DNA of 64,000 nucleotides, from positions 64,001 through 128,000 of the forward strand of contig JAHPZJ010000008.1 in the NCBI GenBank assembly GCA_019058245.1. The letters are read 5' to 3'. Source of the DNA: Promethearchaeota archaeon (GTDB taxonomy: Archaea > Asgardarchaeota > Lokiarchaeia > Sigyniarchaeales > SOKP01). Positions within the stretch are counted from its first letter, which is position 1. Each line of letters opens with the position of its first letter. The position numbers and the translations under genes are program-made. Below the pieces are notes generated by a model that was not told the origin of the DNA, made no database searches, and was given only the letters and a program-made list of their open reading frames with translations. Positions 40,282 to 50,810 of the stretch are shown piece by piece.

Positions 40282-41217
40282 GTGAGGTTTATGGGAGTAT
40301 ATAATAATATAATTGAGACAATAGGAAAAACTCCGTTAGTAAAGTTTAACAAGATTGCAAAAGATATCAAACCTTCTATTTATGGAAAATTAGAGTATTT
40401 TAATCCGGGAGGTAGCGTGAAAGATAGAATTGGTATGTCAATGATACAAAAAGCTGAAGAAGAAGGATTGATTTCTCAAGACACGATTATCGTGGAACCA
40501 ACTTCAGGAAACACAGGAATAGGATTAGCGCTTGTTTGTGCAGCTAAAGGATATCAGTTAATTCTTACAATGCCCGACAACATGTCTATTGAAAGACGAA
40601 AGATTTTGAAAGCATATGGTGCTAAAATTGAATTAACTCCTGCTTCGGAAGGATTGAAAGCTGCAATTGAAAAAGCTGAGGAGATTGCAAAGGAGAAAGG
40701 AAATGTATTTATTCCTCAACAGTTTAAAAATTCAGCTAATCCTGAAATTCATCGAAAAACTACAGCTAAGGAAATTTTTAACGATTTGTCAGGACAAGTT
40801 GATGGATTTGTAGCAGGAGTCGGAACAGGCGGAACACTAACGGGGATTGGTGAAATTTTAAAAGACAGAGTTGGTGCAAGATTAAAAATCTATGCTGTGG
40901 AACCAAAAGATTCACCTGTATTGTCTGGTGGAACTTCTGGACCTCATAAAATTCAGGGAATTGGGGCTGGATTCATTCCCGATGTATTAAATAGAGATAT
41001 TATTGATAAGATAATAACAGTTGAATATGAAGATGCTATTCAAACTGCTAGGAAATTAGCTAAATTAGAAGGTATCTTCGTAGGAATATCTTCTGGAGCA
41101 AATGCCTGGGCGGCATTATATGAAGCATCAAAAGATTTCGATAAAGGAGATAATATTGTTACAATTATGTGTGATACTGGAGAAAGATACCTCACAACTG
41201 ATTTATTCGAGGTCTAA
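40282..41217 (+). CDS. cysK: Cysteine synthase A
   Basis: NPGGSVKDRI PLP lysine, EPTSGNTG, GVGTGGT, HKIQGIG and GERYLTT motifs. Confidence 0.95.
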   Translation: MRFMGVYNNIIETIGKTPLVKFNKIAKDIKPSIYGKLEYFNPGGSVKDRIGMSMIQKAEEEGLISQDTIIVEPTSGNTGIGLALVCAAKGYQLILTMPDNMSIERRKILKAYGAKIELTPASEGLKAAIEKAEEIAKEKGNVFIPQQFKNSANPEIHRKTTAKEIFNDLSGQVDGFVAGVGTGGTLTGIGEILKDRVGARLKIYAVEPKDSPVLSGGTSGPHKIQGIGAGFIPDVLNRDIIDKIITVEYEDAIQTARKLAKLEGIFVGISSGANAWAALYEASKDFDKGDNIVTIMCDTGERYLTTDLFEV

Positions 41218-41251
41218 TAATCTGCAATTATATTTAACTTAAAATATTTCT

Positions 41252-42394
41252 TTATTTTTTGGTTTTTAGGCCTCCTTTTGAACCTTTTAGGTTAGTTCCA
41301 TCAATTCTTTTAACAGCCTTTATAAATTGTGTATCAAAATCAACAGCATTTTTATATATTCGTGAAAGGAATAAAGTTATCCAAGGAGAAGGCACTATTT
41401 TTTGTCCAAATGAAAAATTCTTAAACCAAAGATAAACAGATTGAGGAATAAAAACACCACTTGAGTTGAATTTTAATATACTAACTGCGGCTAATTCTCG
41501 AAAAGCTTGAGTTTTTACCAATGTTGGATAATGTCTAGTAGCATCTAAAATAGTTCCAATATTATACCAGAAAAATGGTGCTCTGGGTAATCTAAAATTT
41601 CTACCATGTCCAAACATATATGGTTTATGTTCTGATCGGTTGATCCAACAATTTAATAATGTTTTTCCTGCTTCAAGTAAACTATCAGGCCATTTTTTTT
41701 GAGATACCACCCAATATCCTCTCAGAGCATCAGCTACGATCATAGGACACACATCATTAACTCTTCCAGGACCTCGACGCTTATAATATAGCCATGGTTC
41801 ACATTTCCAGCTTTTTCCTTGATTTGTTTCTTTTAATAGCTCATTCATTCTTTTAAGTCCAAATTGAACACGTTTATCATTCTCTAAGCCTGCTAATAAT
41901 AATACAGAAACAATAAGGTTATGATCACATAATGCACTTGACCACATAGGATATTTAGTTTTTGTTTTTCGATCATAGGCTTCAATATAAGCGAGAAATT
42001 GTCCATTTTCTTCATCTTGATGCGAAAGGATTTTATTTATCGCTTCTTGCATTCGTTTATCATCTTCTGGTCTTACACCCCAATCTAATAATAACCATAA
42101 TTGGTTTGGGAGATAATCTGCTCTATTATGTGCTTTTGTAAGATCTTTTTCCCAATCTGATAGATTATCTATTAAAAAATTCACAAGGGGATCTTTTAAA
42201 ACATTATTATGAGCATTAATAACATCAGGATGATCTAAGGGGAAATCGAATAAATCAGTTAATGTTCGAAAAACTGAAAATGATTCATCAGACTCGATAA
42301 GATACTGCCTTGGATCATTGGGAAGGATCTTAACCCAATCTGCTTCTTCATGAACTTTTTCTTGAATGTCGCTTGAATTAATATCCATTTTCAC
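41252..42394 (-). CDS. Uncharacterised alpha/alpha-toroid-like protein
   Basis: AINKILSHQ...GQF, WKC...C and PFFWYNI motifs; resembles prenyltransferase/squalene-cyclase-repeat hypotheticals. Confidence 0.55.
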   Translation of the reverse strand: MKMDINSSDIQEKVHEEADWVKILPNDPRQYLIESDESFSVFRTLTDLFDFPLDHPDVINAHNNVLKDPLVNFLIDNLSDWEKDLTKAHNRADYLPNQLWLLLDWGVRPEDDKRMQEAINKILSHQDEENGQFLAYIEAYDRKTKTKYPMWSSALCDHNLIVSVLLLAGLENDKRVQFGLKRMNELLKETNQGKSWKCEPWLYYKRRGPGRVNDVCPMIVADALRGYWVVSQKKWPDSLLEAGKTLLNCWINRSEHKPYMFGHGRNFRLPRAPFFWYNIGTILDATRHYPTLVKTQAFRELAAVSILKFNSSGVFIPQSVYLWFKNFSFGQKIVPSPWITLFLSRIYKNAVDFDTQFIKAVKRIDGTNLKGSKGGLKTKK

Positions 42395-42423
42395 AATTAT
42401 TAAATCACTTAATATTTATTGAA

Positions 42424-42972
42424 TTATTTCATAAATTCAAAAAAGTTTACAGAAAGATCAATAAGATCTCTACTAGATTTTCCATTTTTAATCTTCTTTT
42501 CGATATCTGAATTTACTTTATCCTTTTTGCCATTTGCAATCGCAATTAAATTCTCTATATTCCAATTTTTATATCGTTTTGAAAGCCCTTGAAAAAAAAT
42601 CGGAGCAGGGGGCATCATAGGTGATTTAGGTTGTTTCGGAACTTCTGTACAAGTTCCCGCGTCTAAGTCAAGAAATTCACATTCACTACATGACGTAATA
42701 TTTTTTTGTTTAGTACATTGATTTATTACGCAATCTGCTCTACCTTGACAGCCTGGACATGGTGGATAGGATTTTAATAGTTCCAAAGTTTCAATAAATC
42801 CTGTGAAGTTCTCTTTTTTAAATTGTGGGTTAAACATTAGAATAAGTCCTTGGAACATTGGATCCTCAAACATTTTAGATAAGTATTTTGCAGAATCTTG
42901 AAGTTTAGTAGTGTTGCTATCACACAAATCACAACTTAACCCACATGATGTTAAATTATAATTTTTAACCAT
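42424..42972 (-). CDS. DUF3795-like Cys-rich protein
   Basis: CGLSCDLC, CPGC, C.INQC...I.SCSEC motifs. Confidence 0.75.
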   Translation of the reverse strand: MVKNYNLTSCGLSCDLCDSNTTKLQDSAKYLSKMFEDPMFQGLILMFNPQFKKENFTGFIETLELLKSYPPCPGCQGRADCVINQCTKQKNITSCSECEFLDLDAGTCTEVPKQPKSPMMPPAPIFFQGLSKRYKNWNIENLIAIANGKKDKVNSDIEKKIKNGKSSRDLIDLSVNFFEFMK

Positions 42973-43101
42973 TTTTACTCACAAATTATAGGTTATTTTC
43001 TAGGTTAAATTAATTTAGTTAATTATTTTTTTATAAATCGTCTTGTAATTTAAAGAATATTGTAGGAAAAGTGTAATAAAAGCGAAATTTTAAATTGGAT
43101 T

Positions 43102-44031
43102 ATGTCCATTTTTTTTCATATAATATTGAAATCGGGACATAGTGTGGATGCAAAAGATTTCGAAATATTGAAAATATTAGATATAAACTGCCGGATCTCA
43201 TATTCTAAGGTTACTGAAATAATCAATTTACCACTACGAAAAGTATCAAATAGAATCGATAATTTAATCAAGCAAAATATTATTGCTCGTTTTACGGTAC
43301 AATTTAATTATAATTCACTTGGATATCGGCATTATATTGGCTCAGTAGGACCAGCTGAGGGAAAAATGGCTAATATTATTTTTCAAGAACTCAAATTTAT
43401 CAATGAGATATATCGCATTTGGGAATTAATTGATGGAACATTCACTATATCTTTTTTTTGTAGAGATGCTAAACATCTTGAAGAGGTTATAAACAATATC
43501 TTAAACATCGGAGCTGAATTGCATGATTATACGGAAACACGAGTACATTTTCCCTCAGATATTCCATACTCCTTGACTGATTGGCAAATTATATTTTATT
43601 TATTAAGTAATAGTAGAGCTTCTAAAAAGGAGATAGCTTTAGCATTAAATATAAGTGAAAAAACTGTCAATCGTAGAATTAGGAGGATGGTAAATATGAA
43701 ATTAATTTCATTTATACCAGAAATTAATTTTGAAGCCATTTCAGGATTCATACCTGCAGTAGTTACTTTAGAAACTATAGGTCCTTCGAAACGAATATAT
43801 TTGAAAATGAAAGAAGACCGTTCAATTAAATATTGGAGAAATGCTGGTTCAGTATCTCCTTCAATTGTATTATTTATTTATGGAAAAAACATGAAAGATA
43901 TTTATAATATGTATCGAAAACTTGAAAACAGAGAAGATATAAAAAGAGCTAGTCTAACTTTTGTTGTAAGAAATTTCGAAAACTCAACATTAATAGAAGA
44001 TGCTGTTTTAGAAAAAATTCAGGGTGGTTAG
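43102..44031 (+). CDS. Tandem Lrp/AsnC-type transcriptional regulator
   Basis: Two HTH units: DAKDFEIL...NCRISY and TDWQII...NSRASKKEIA...SEKTVNRRI. Confidence 0.82.
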   Translation: MSIFFHIILKSGHSVDAKDFEILKILDINCRISYSKVTEIINLPLRKVSNRIDNLIKQNIIARFTVQFNYNSLGYRHYIGSVGPAEGKMANIIFQELKFINEIYRIWELIDGTFTISFFCRDAKHLEEVINNILNIGAELHDYTETRVHFPSDIPYSLTDWQIIFYLLSNSRASKKEIALALNISEKTVNRRIRRMVNMKLISFIPEINFEAISGFIPAVVTLETIGPSKRIYLKMKEDRSIKYWRNAGSVSPSIVLFIYGKNMKDIYNMYRKLENREDIKRASLTFVVRNFENSTLIEDAVLEKIQGG

Positions 44032-44170
44032 CATGATTCTAACAAGTTAGAAAAGAAATATTTTCAAGATGAAAAAAATAAGATAATAGGGAAAGTAAAT
44101 AGAACACATTGTATAGTATATGCTAAAGTTATAGCCTAAAAGTAAAAAAAGAAACCTTTTGAATTGAAAC

Positions 44171-45064
44171 TTAATTATTTACTAAACCACTAATTATATA
44201 ACTTATCCATAGGCCTGGTTTTTTAGGGATATCAAATTCTATCCATGCATCTTTCATATAAGATGTGTCTGCTTGCCAGTATCCGTCTGGTCGTTGTTTA
44301 TCCTTTAATATTTGCATAGCTTCATTAGTACGTTCATCTTCCAAAAGACAATTTTCCTTAAGTAGGGATAAGAGTTCTATAAGATTTGATTTATATGGAT
44401 ATGGGTAAAAGTTTAAAATAATAGAATTCTCTATTGGTTTATCTATTGATAATTTCTTAAACACCCTATGCTCAAGAATGTAATTTAATCCTTTTTTAAG
44501 TTTGTTATTGACTCTTTCTGAGCTTCCAAATCGTTTCTTATATTCTGTAAGAGCAATCATGGATTTTACTACTCCATAATAACAAGGAACTTTTTTCATG
44601 CAACCTCCAAATCTCGTATGGAGATCTTTACCAGGCCAAGTACTTTTTTTACCCCTCTCAATGGATTGGTACTTTAATATCCAATTTATCCCGGCATCTA
44701 GTTTTTCTTTATCCTTATATCCCATCTTAATAAGGATTATAGTAATCAATGCATTGTGGCATGAAAGAAAATTGTCCTTATTACCCTGTAAAGAGAACCC
44801 TTCTTGAATATATGATTTATCTACAAGGAGATTGATCCAATTCTGAACTTTTTCTAAAGTATTCGTGAATGGAATTTCAGAAAGTTCTAATAGACGCCAT
44901 TCATAGGCGCGGATACCTACAAAAGTATCTGGTCTCCGTTTTGGATTTTCTAAAAGCTTATTTATAAGTTCTGATTGTTCAAGCATTTTCTGAGCTTTCT
45001 TTATAGGTATATTCTCTCGATTTTCATAAGCCTTTTTTAAGGTTAAAGCAGAATCTTCAATCAT
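44171..45064 (-). CDS. Uncharacterised alpha/alpha-toroid-like protein
   Basis: GINWILKYQ, GGCMKKVPCYYG, YPYPYKSNLIELL and KQRPDGYW (QW-like repeat). Confidence 0.6.
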   Translation of the reverse strand: MIEDSALTLKKAYENRENIPIKKAQKMLEQSELINKLLENPKRRPDTFVGIRAYEWRLLELSEIPFTNTLEKVQNWINLLVDKSYIQEGFSLQGNKDNFLSCHNALITIILIKMGYKDKEKLDAGINWILKYQSIERGKKSTWPGKDLHTRFGGCMKKVPCYYGVVKSMIALTEYKKRFGSSERVNNKLKKGLNYILEHRVFKKLSIDKPIENSIILNFYPYPYKSNLIELLSLLKENCLLEDERTNEAMQILKDKQRPDGYWQADTSYMKDAWIEFDIPKKPGLWISYIISGLVNN

Positions 45065-45225
45065 AATATTTAATATTATGAAGTATTGTTATTTTAGTTA
45101 AGGTTAAGAAACTAAGTAAATTTCAGATAGTTGATATAACAGAAGACCATAGGTTCCTAGCCACGATTTGTCCTTACATACTTAAATATCATTGCTCCCT
45201 TGTTTACTATAATAACCTTAAAGGT

Positions 45226-45963
45226 GTGATCATGGAAAAAAGTGAGAATGAAAAAAATGGATTAATTCAGAGTCAAAAATCATTATATATAAAATTGAGG
45301 AGAGTAAATCAGTTATTCAAATATCATTTCTCGTCGCTTATCTTGTTATTTTTATTTGCATTAGTGTTTATGATTCTATGGACATATTTGTTGATCACCG
45401 GACAGATAATAATGACCCTATCTCAACGATATGGCTTATTTGGAATAATAGTGGATACAATTATGACTGTAATTCTTCTTATACTAATCATTCAAATAGG
45501 ATATCAGATTAATATTTTAAGCTTATTTGTATTCAAAGGAAACCGTTCTCTAAAACAAGCTAAAGGTAAAGAAGAAACAAAAGCTGCTCTTTATAAAGGG
45601 ATCATCCCATATATAGCAAATTTTTATACATTTTTCAATCGCTATGCAAAAGAAAAAACAAATTTGAGTAAAATAGTGAAAACTTTCTTTTTCCTTAATT
45701 TCTTTTCCGGTTTTTATGGGATCTTTTTAATTACACGTCTTTTAGGTGCCGAAGTAACGAATGCTCTCCTATTTTTCTGTTTGTCAATGTTGTTTTTGGC
45801 AATGGTAGGTTTTTGGTTAATGAATTTAGGTACTTCAATTAAAATAAGAAATGAGGTTGATAAATGGGAAAAATTATTTCCTAAATTAGAAGAATGGGCA
45901 CAGAATATAGAACAAATCTCTTCAAAAAATTCAAATCTTTTTAACAAGGAGGAACTCCCTTAA
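45226..45963 (+). CDS. Four-TM membrane protein
   Basis: Two hydrophobic helix pairs. Confidence 0.7.
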   Translation: MIMEKSENEKNGLIQSQKSLYIKLRRVNQLFKYHFSSLILLFLFALVFMILWTYLLITGQIIMTLSQRYGLFGIIVDTIMTVILLILIIQIGYQINILSLFVFKGNRSLKQAKGKEETKAALYKGIIPYIANFYTFFNRYAKEKTNLSKIVKTFFFLNFFSGFYGIFLITRLLGAEVTNALLFFCLSMLFLAMVGFWLMNLGTSIKIRNEVDKWEKLFPKLEEWAQNIEQISSKNSNLFNKEELP

Positions 45964-45985
45964 TTACTAATTCGGTGATTTCTAA

Positions 45986-46252
45986 ATGAGTTCTTCAAGA
46001 CGTAGTAAATTCGAAATCTGGGCAGAAGTATTAGAGCTTTGCCTAAGAGAAAAAAGAACTCAAACTTGGTTACTACGAGAAACCCGTTTAAAGACGAGTG
46101 CTATAAAAGAAACTCTTCAATTTCTGTTATCTCGAAATCTGATTGAAAAATTTAATGAGGACGATGTAACCAAATATTCCACAACCCATCACGGAGAAGA
46201 AGCATTAAAGAGATTTTATACTCTTGTTAATGAATATTTTGATATATATTAA
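45986..46252 (+). CDS. Small archaeal winged-helix protein (HTH_45-like)
   Basis: RRSKFEIWAEVL...LL...LI...YSTT.HGEEAL. Confidence 0.8.
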   Translation: MSSSRRSKFEIWAEVLELCLREKRTQTWLLRETRLKTSAIKETLQFLLSRNLIEKFNEDDVTKYSTTHHGEEALKRFYTLVNEYFDIY

Positions 46253-46765
46253 AGCAGATGATGATCCATTTGATTATATTTCAATCTTTTTTATCTATAG
46301 TTATTATTTACTGTTTTCTTTTTCATATTTACTTTTTAAAATATTTGTTATATTTCTTTCTCAAAAGATTTTTTCTAATTTGATTGTAAAATTTGTTTCT
46401 TTTTATACATTCTTTTAAATTATCAGAGCAAAAATTATAGGAAATTCCAGGTTTTTTTAAAGTGTATGTTATACTAAAATTCGCCTCTAGATAGAGAATT
46501 ATTAAATTATATTTAATATTACAAAAAAAATTCAGAAATTTCTATTTTATTATTATTCAAATTCAAATAATTTTCAATATTACCTATAATAGATAAAATA
46601 AGAATAAGATATCATTATAAAATAATAATTTTTTAATTGTATACTATAATTTGAATTAAAATCCTATAGAAAATCAATACAACATCTTCAGATATTCTTA
46701 AGGAATGAAAGGATCTTAATTAATTGGCAAAAAAATTTTTTAATTTACATCATTAGATATTTTAT

Positions 46766-47728
46766 TTATAAACCAACTTTTTTAATTACTTCCTCAAGTT
46801 TATTCGCGGATTTTTTGAAGCTATTTATTTCATCATTATTCAATTCAATATTAAGAGCCTCTTGGATACCGTTTTTATTAACGATACTAGGTAAACTTAG
46901 ATACACATCATTTACTCCATAGAAATCTTCAATAAGAGTTGAAACTGGTAAAATCGTATTCTCATCGTTAATAATAGCTTGAGAAATTCTTGCTAATGCC
47001 AAACCAATACCATAAGAGGTCTCTCCTTTTCTTTCAATTATTTTATATGCTGAATCTCTCACCTCTTCAAAAATATCTTGAAATACTTTATCAGAATCAT
47101 TAGAATTGATATTTTTACTCAAATCACAATAATTTTTTATATAAGTCCCACCAACTATGGCACTACTCCATACGGCAAATTCACTATCACCATGTTCCCC
47201 TAATATATAAGCATGTACATTTCTAGCATTTACCCCACAATATTTTGCCAATAAATATCTAAATCTAGCAGTATCTAAGGTTGTACCTGATCCCATAATT
47301 TCATTTTTAGGTTTTCCAGAAATTTTATATGTAGCATAAGATAATATATCAACTGGATTCGAGACAACTAAGTATATGCTATGTGGAGCATACTGTTGTA
47401 TTTTAGGAATAAACTTTCGAAATAATTCTACGTTTTTATTTGCTAAAGCAATTCTAGTTTCACCAGGTTCTTGATTCTTACCTGCAGTAATCACTACAAT
47501 ATCTGAATCTGTAATATCTTCATAATCGCCAGAAATTATATTAACAGGATTTGTATAGGGCGCAGTATGAGACAAATCCATGACTTCTCCTTCCAATCTC
47601 TTACGATTTATGTCAACCATTACAATTTCTCGAGTAATTCCTCTTATAATTAAAGCATAAGCAAATCTTGTTCCAACATTTCCGCAACCAATTATAGAAA
47701 TTTTTGGATGCAAACTTTCTTTTTTCAA
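46766..47728 (-). CDS. ldh: L-lactate dehydrogenase
   Basis: GCGNVG, TAGKNQEPGETR (Gln at the LDH specificity position), NPVD, LDTARF and GEHGDS motifs. Confidence 0.85.
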   Translation of the reverse strand: MKKESLHPKISIIGCGNVGTRFAYALIIRGITREIVMVDINRKRLEGEVMDLSHTAPYTNPVNIISGDYEDITDSDIVVITAGKNQEPGETRIALANKNVELFRKFIPKIQQYAPHSIYLVVSNPVDILSYATYKISGKPKNEIMGSGTTLDTARFRYLLAKYCGVNARNVHAYILGEHGDSEFAVWSSAIVGGTYIKNYCDLSKNINSNDSDKVFQDIFEEVRDSAYKIIERKGETSYGIGLALARISQAIINDENTILPVSTLIEDFYGVNDVYLSLPSIVNKNGIQEALNIELNNDEINSFKKSANKLEEVIKKVGL

Positions 47729-47871
47729 GATTAAAATTTCACCTAATAGTTAATTTTGAATTAAGTATAAAAGTCTTATGTCTAAAAAAATAAGATTTTA
47801 ATTAAATCGGTTAAAAAGATATTAAATTTTATGTATTGAATTTGTGTTTTAAAAATCTTTACTTATTATCA

Positions 47872-49113
47872 CTAATAATTCTCATCTTTAGTTTTAGAAG
47901 GTATTTGTTTAACTTGTTGAGCTAATTCCATTGCTAATTTTTCACCTTTTTCAAGTTCTTCCAATGTGGGATAACCATTAAAAGTGAGTGGTTCAAGAAT
48001 ATCCCAGTGCATATTTTCAGCTAGATTATCAAAATCTTTCTTAGCACCCCCACTCCATCCGTAAGATCCAAAATAAAACACCTTTTTATGGGTAATACGC
48101 TTTTTTCGCAATAATTCCATAAAGTATTTCATTGGTGGAAACATACTATATTCATAAGTAGGGGCCCCTATTATTAAGCCAGCACATCTATAAGCATTTG
48201 AAAGAATAAATGAGGGATCCTCATTAGGTACTCGATGAACTTTTATAGGTACTCCTACTTTTCCAATACCTCTTAAAACAGAATTCAACATTACTTCTGT
48301 GTTTCCATACATACTCCCCCACACTACACAAATCGCTGGTTCTGCATAATCCTTATTGTAATTTGAATAACGTTGATATTTCTTTACTATTACTTCTGGA
48401 GATTTCCGCCAAATTAAACCGTGCGAGGGTGCAATCATATTGATTTTTAATCCAGATAATTTCTCAATTGCATTCAACACATTACCCGAGAACGTAGATA
48501 TTATATTTGCATAATAACGTAGCGTTTCCTCTTCCCAATATGGCTTACTTTCATCTGATGTCTCATCCTCAAATATACATCCTTGATGAACACCAAAAGC
48601 TCCAAATGCATCACCTGAAAATAAGATTCCTGAATTTGTTTCATAAGTAACCATAGTCTCTGGCCAATGTACATTTGGGATTTCAGTAAATTCTAATTTC
48701 TTATTGTCTCCTAAATCTATTACATCACCAGTTTTTACAGGTTTTAAATTATTTTCAATTTGATAAAAAGCTTTAACAAGATTCACTCCTTTCTGGGTTG
48801 AAACAATCTCGGCATCTGGAGACAAAGAGTTTAATAAATAAGTAAATCCTGTATGATCAGGTTCGAGGTGATTTAAAATAATATAATCAATATCTGTCAA
48901 TTTAATTGAAATTGATTCTAGATTTTTAAGCAATGTTAGTGCTGCGCCCCCCCATTCTCTAACCAACTCAATTATAGCTATCTTATCCCCTTTTATAACA
49001 TAAGAATTTAAAGCAACGCCATTAGGGATTGGCCATATACCCTCAAACAAATCTTCTGTATGTACATTAGCTCCAATCCAAAATACATCATCAGTTAATT
49101 TTATTGCAACCAT
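47872..49113 (-). CDS. fprA: Flavodiiron protein (FprA/A-type flavoprotein)
   Basis: NHLEPDH, HWPE, FSGDAFG, PSHG, flavodoxin SMYGNT and FGSYGWSGGA motifs. Confidence 0.93.
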   Translation of the reverse strand: MVAIKLTDDVFWIGANVHTEDLFEGIWPIPNGVALNSYVIKGDKIAIIELVREWGGAALTLLKNLESISIKLTDIDYIILNHLEPDHTGFTYLLNSLSPDAEIVSTQKGVNLVKAFYQIENNLKPVKTGDVIDLGDNKKLEFTEIPNVHWPETMVTYETNSGILFSGDAFGAFGVHQGCIFEDETSDESKPYWEEETLRYYANIISTFSGNVLNAIEKLSGLKINMIAPSHGLIWRKSPEVIVKKYQRYSNYNKDYAEPAICVVWGSMYGNTEVMLNSVLRGIGKVGVPIKVHRVPNEDPSFILSNAYRCAGLIIGAPTYEYSMFPPMKYFMELLRKKRITHKKVFYFGSYGWSGGAKKDFDNLAENMHWDILEPLTFNGYPTLEELEKGEKLAMELAQQVKQIPSKTKDENY

Positions 49114-49364
49114 TAATTTTCACATATCTATTTTATAATATCATTAAATCAATTATCTATATTTAGTTATACTCTAGGAATTATAATTTAAATTTAATCC
49201 TAGTAGTTATTAAAGAGGATTATCTCTTAGATATAAAATATTCAATTTATTAAATCTTGAGACATTCAATATTAAATTAAAATTAGAAATCACATTTATT
49301 AATTTATTTTGCTTAATTATACTGATAGTTATAAAATTAAAAATAGGCTAAAGGTCTTTATAAA

Positions 49365-49946
49365 ATGCTACCTATTGGTCGTTTAATGGCAGAACATAGA
49401 TTAATTGAAAGGATGATTGAAATTCTTAAAATAGAAATTAAAAATATAGAAAATATCCATGATTTTCATCCTAATTTTATTGATAACACAGTCGATTTCA
49501 TAAAAACTTATGCTGATCAAACTCATCATGGTAAAGAGGAAGATATTCTCTTTAGAGAGCTTCAAAAAAAAGATATTTCAAAAGATCATAAGAAGATTAT
49601 GAATGAACTTATCGAAGAACATATATTTGGAAGAAGAACAACAGGAGAATTAATCGAAGCTAAAATTAAATATGTTAAAGGAGATATTAGTGCGATGGAA
49701 AATATCATTAACAAAATTCGTGTATTAATTGAATTTTACCCTAAACATATTGAAAAAGAAGATAAGCATTTTTTCATCCCAGTAATGGACTATTTCACGG
49801 AAGATGAGCAAGATGTCATGAATAAGGAATTTCAGGAGTTTGATAGGAAAATGATTCATAAGAAATATGATAAGTTAGTTACCACGTGGGAAGATGAACG
49901 TGCTATAAAGAAAAAACAAAAACCTGATTGGATTGTATATGTTTAA
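49365..49946 (+). CDS. Hemerythrin (HHE) domain protein
   Basis: EHRLIE, HHGKEEDILF, EH and HIEKED motifs. Confidence 0.92.
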   Translation: MLPIGRLMAEHRLIERMIEILKIEIKNIENIHDFHPNFIDNTVDFIKTYADQTHHGKEEDILFRELQKKDISKDHKKIMNELIEEHIFGRRTTGELIEAKIKYVKGDISAMENIINKIRVLIEFYPKHIEKEDKHFFIPVMDYFTEDEQDVMNKEFQEFDRKMIHKKYDKLVTTWEDERAIKKKQKPDWIVYV

Positions 49947-50049
49947 CCAATTATTTCTTGAATTGTTTGAATAAAAGATAATTTCTTTATTTTACAAACA
50001 GAATTTCTTAATTTTCAGTTTTTCAGAGAATGTTTTTTAATCTTTGATA

Positions 50050-50709
50050 TTATAACTCAATTTTAATCCCATAAAACAATAATTCTTTTAAAAATTGCTC
50101 AGTATATGAAAATAAAAGTGTGTGAAATCCGAATGATTTAGCAATGTCTATTATTTCAGAACTATCGTCGATTAAAAGAGCTTCAGAAGGCTTACAATGA
50201 AGATGGTTTAATAATTCATAATAAAATTCTCGATCGGTCTTTAAATAATGATAATCGTAGCTAAAGAAAGATTTATGAAAAAGTTTTAAAAAATTATAAC
50301 GTGAATCAAGAAAATTTATCCTTTCTTCAATATTTCCGCTAAAAACTATTAATCGATAATTTTCATGTAGAATTTGTAGAATTTTAAGAATATGAAAATA
50401 TGGAAGATAGTTAGAGAACCAAATCATTCGTAAATTTTGTAAGTCTTTCTCAATAATTTTAAATTTAGAATAAAATTTTGCCTCAAATTCATCCATCGAG
50501 AGATGACCTAATCTTAATAAACCTCCTTCATTATCAGGTTCACTTTTAAAGAATAGATTAAGAGCGTTTAAATCCTTAATATGATACCTTTCAACTAATT
50601 TTACCAAAGTCAAATGAGTTCCTGAAGTAAATACCACACCACCTAGATCAAAAACTATAGTTTTAATTTTGTTTTTAGTAGGAATATCTATCAATTCGTC
50701 AAGACTCAT
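50050..50709 (-). CDS. HAD-superfamily hydrolase
   Basis: VFDLGGV and LLIDDS motifs. Confidence 0.85.
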   Translation of the reverse strand: MSLDELIDIPTKNKIKTIVFDLGGVVFTSGTHLTLVKLVERYHIKDLNALNLFFKSEPDNEGGLLRLGHLSMDEFEAKFYSKFKIIEKDLQNLRMIWFSNYLPYFHILKILQILHENYRLIVFSGNIEERINFLDSRYNFLKLFHKSFFSYDYHYLKTDREFYYELLNHLHCKPSEALLIDDSSEIIDIAKSFGFHTLLFSYTEQFLKELLFYGIKIEL

Positions 50710-50810
50710 TAAATCAGTCTAATTTTGATTATAACATTTATAAAATTCTTTAAATAAATCTATATTTTCAATTAAAATATTAATAATTATGGCTATATTC
50801 TATAAATTTT

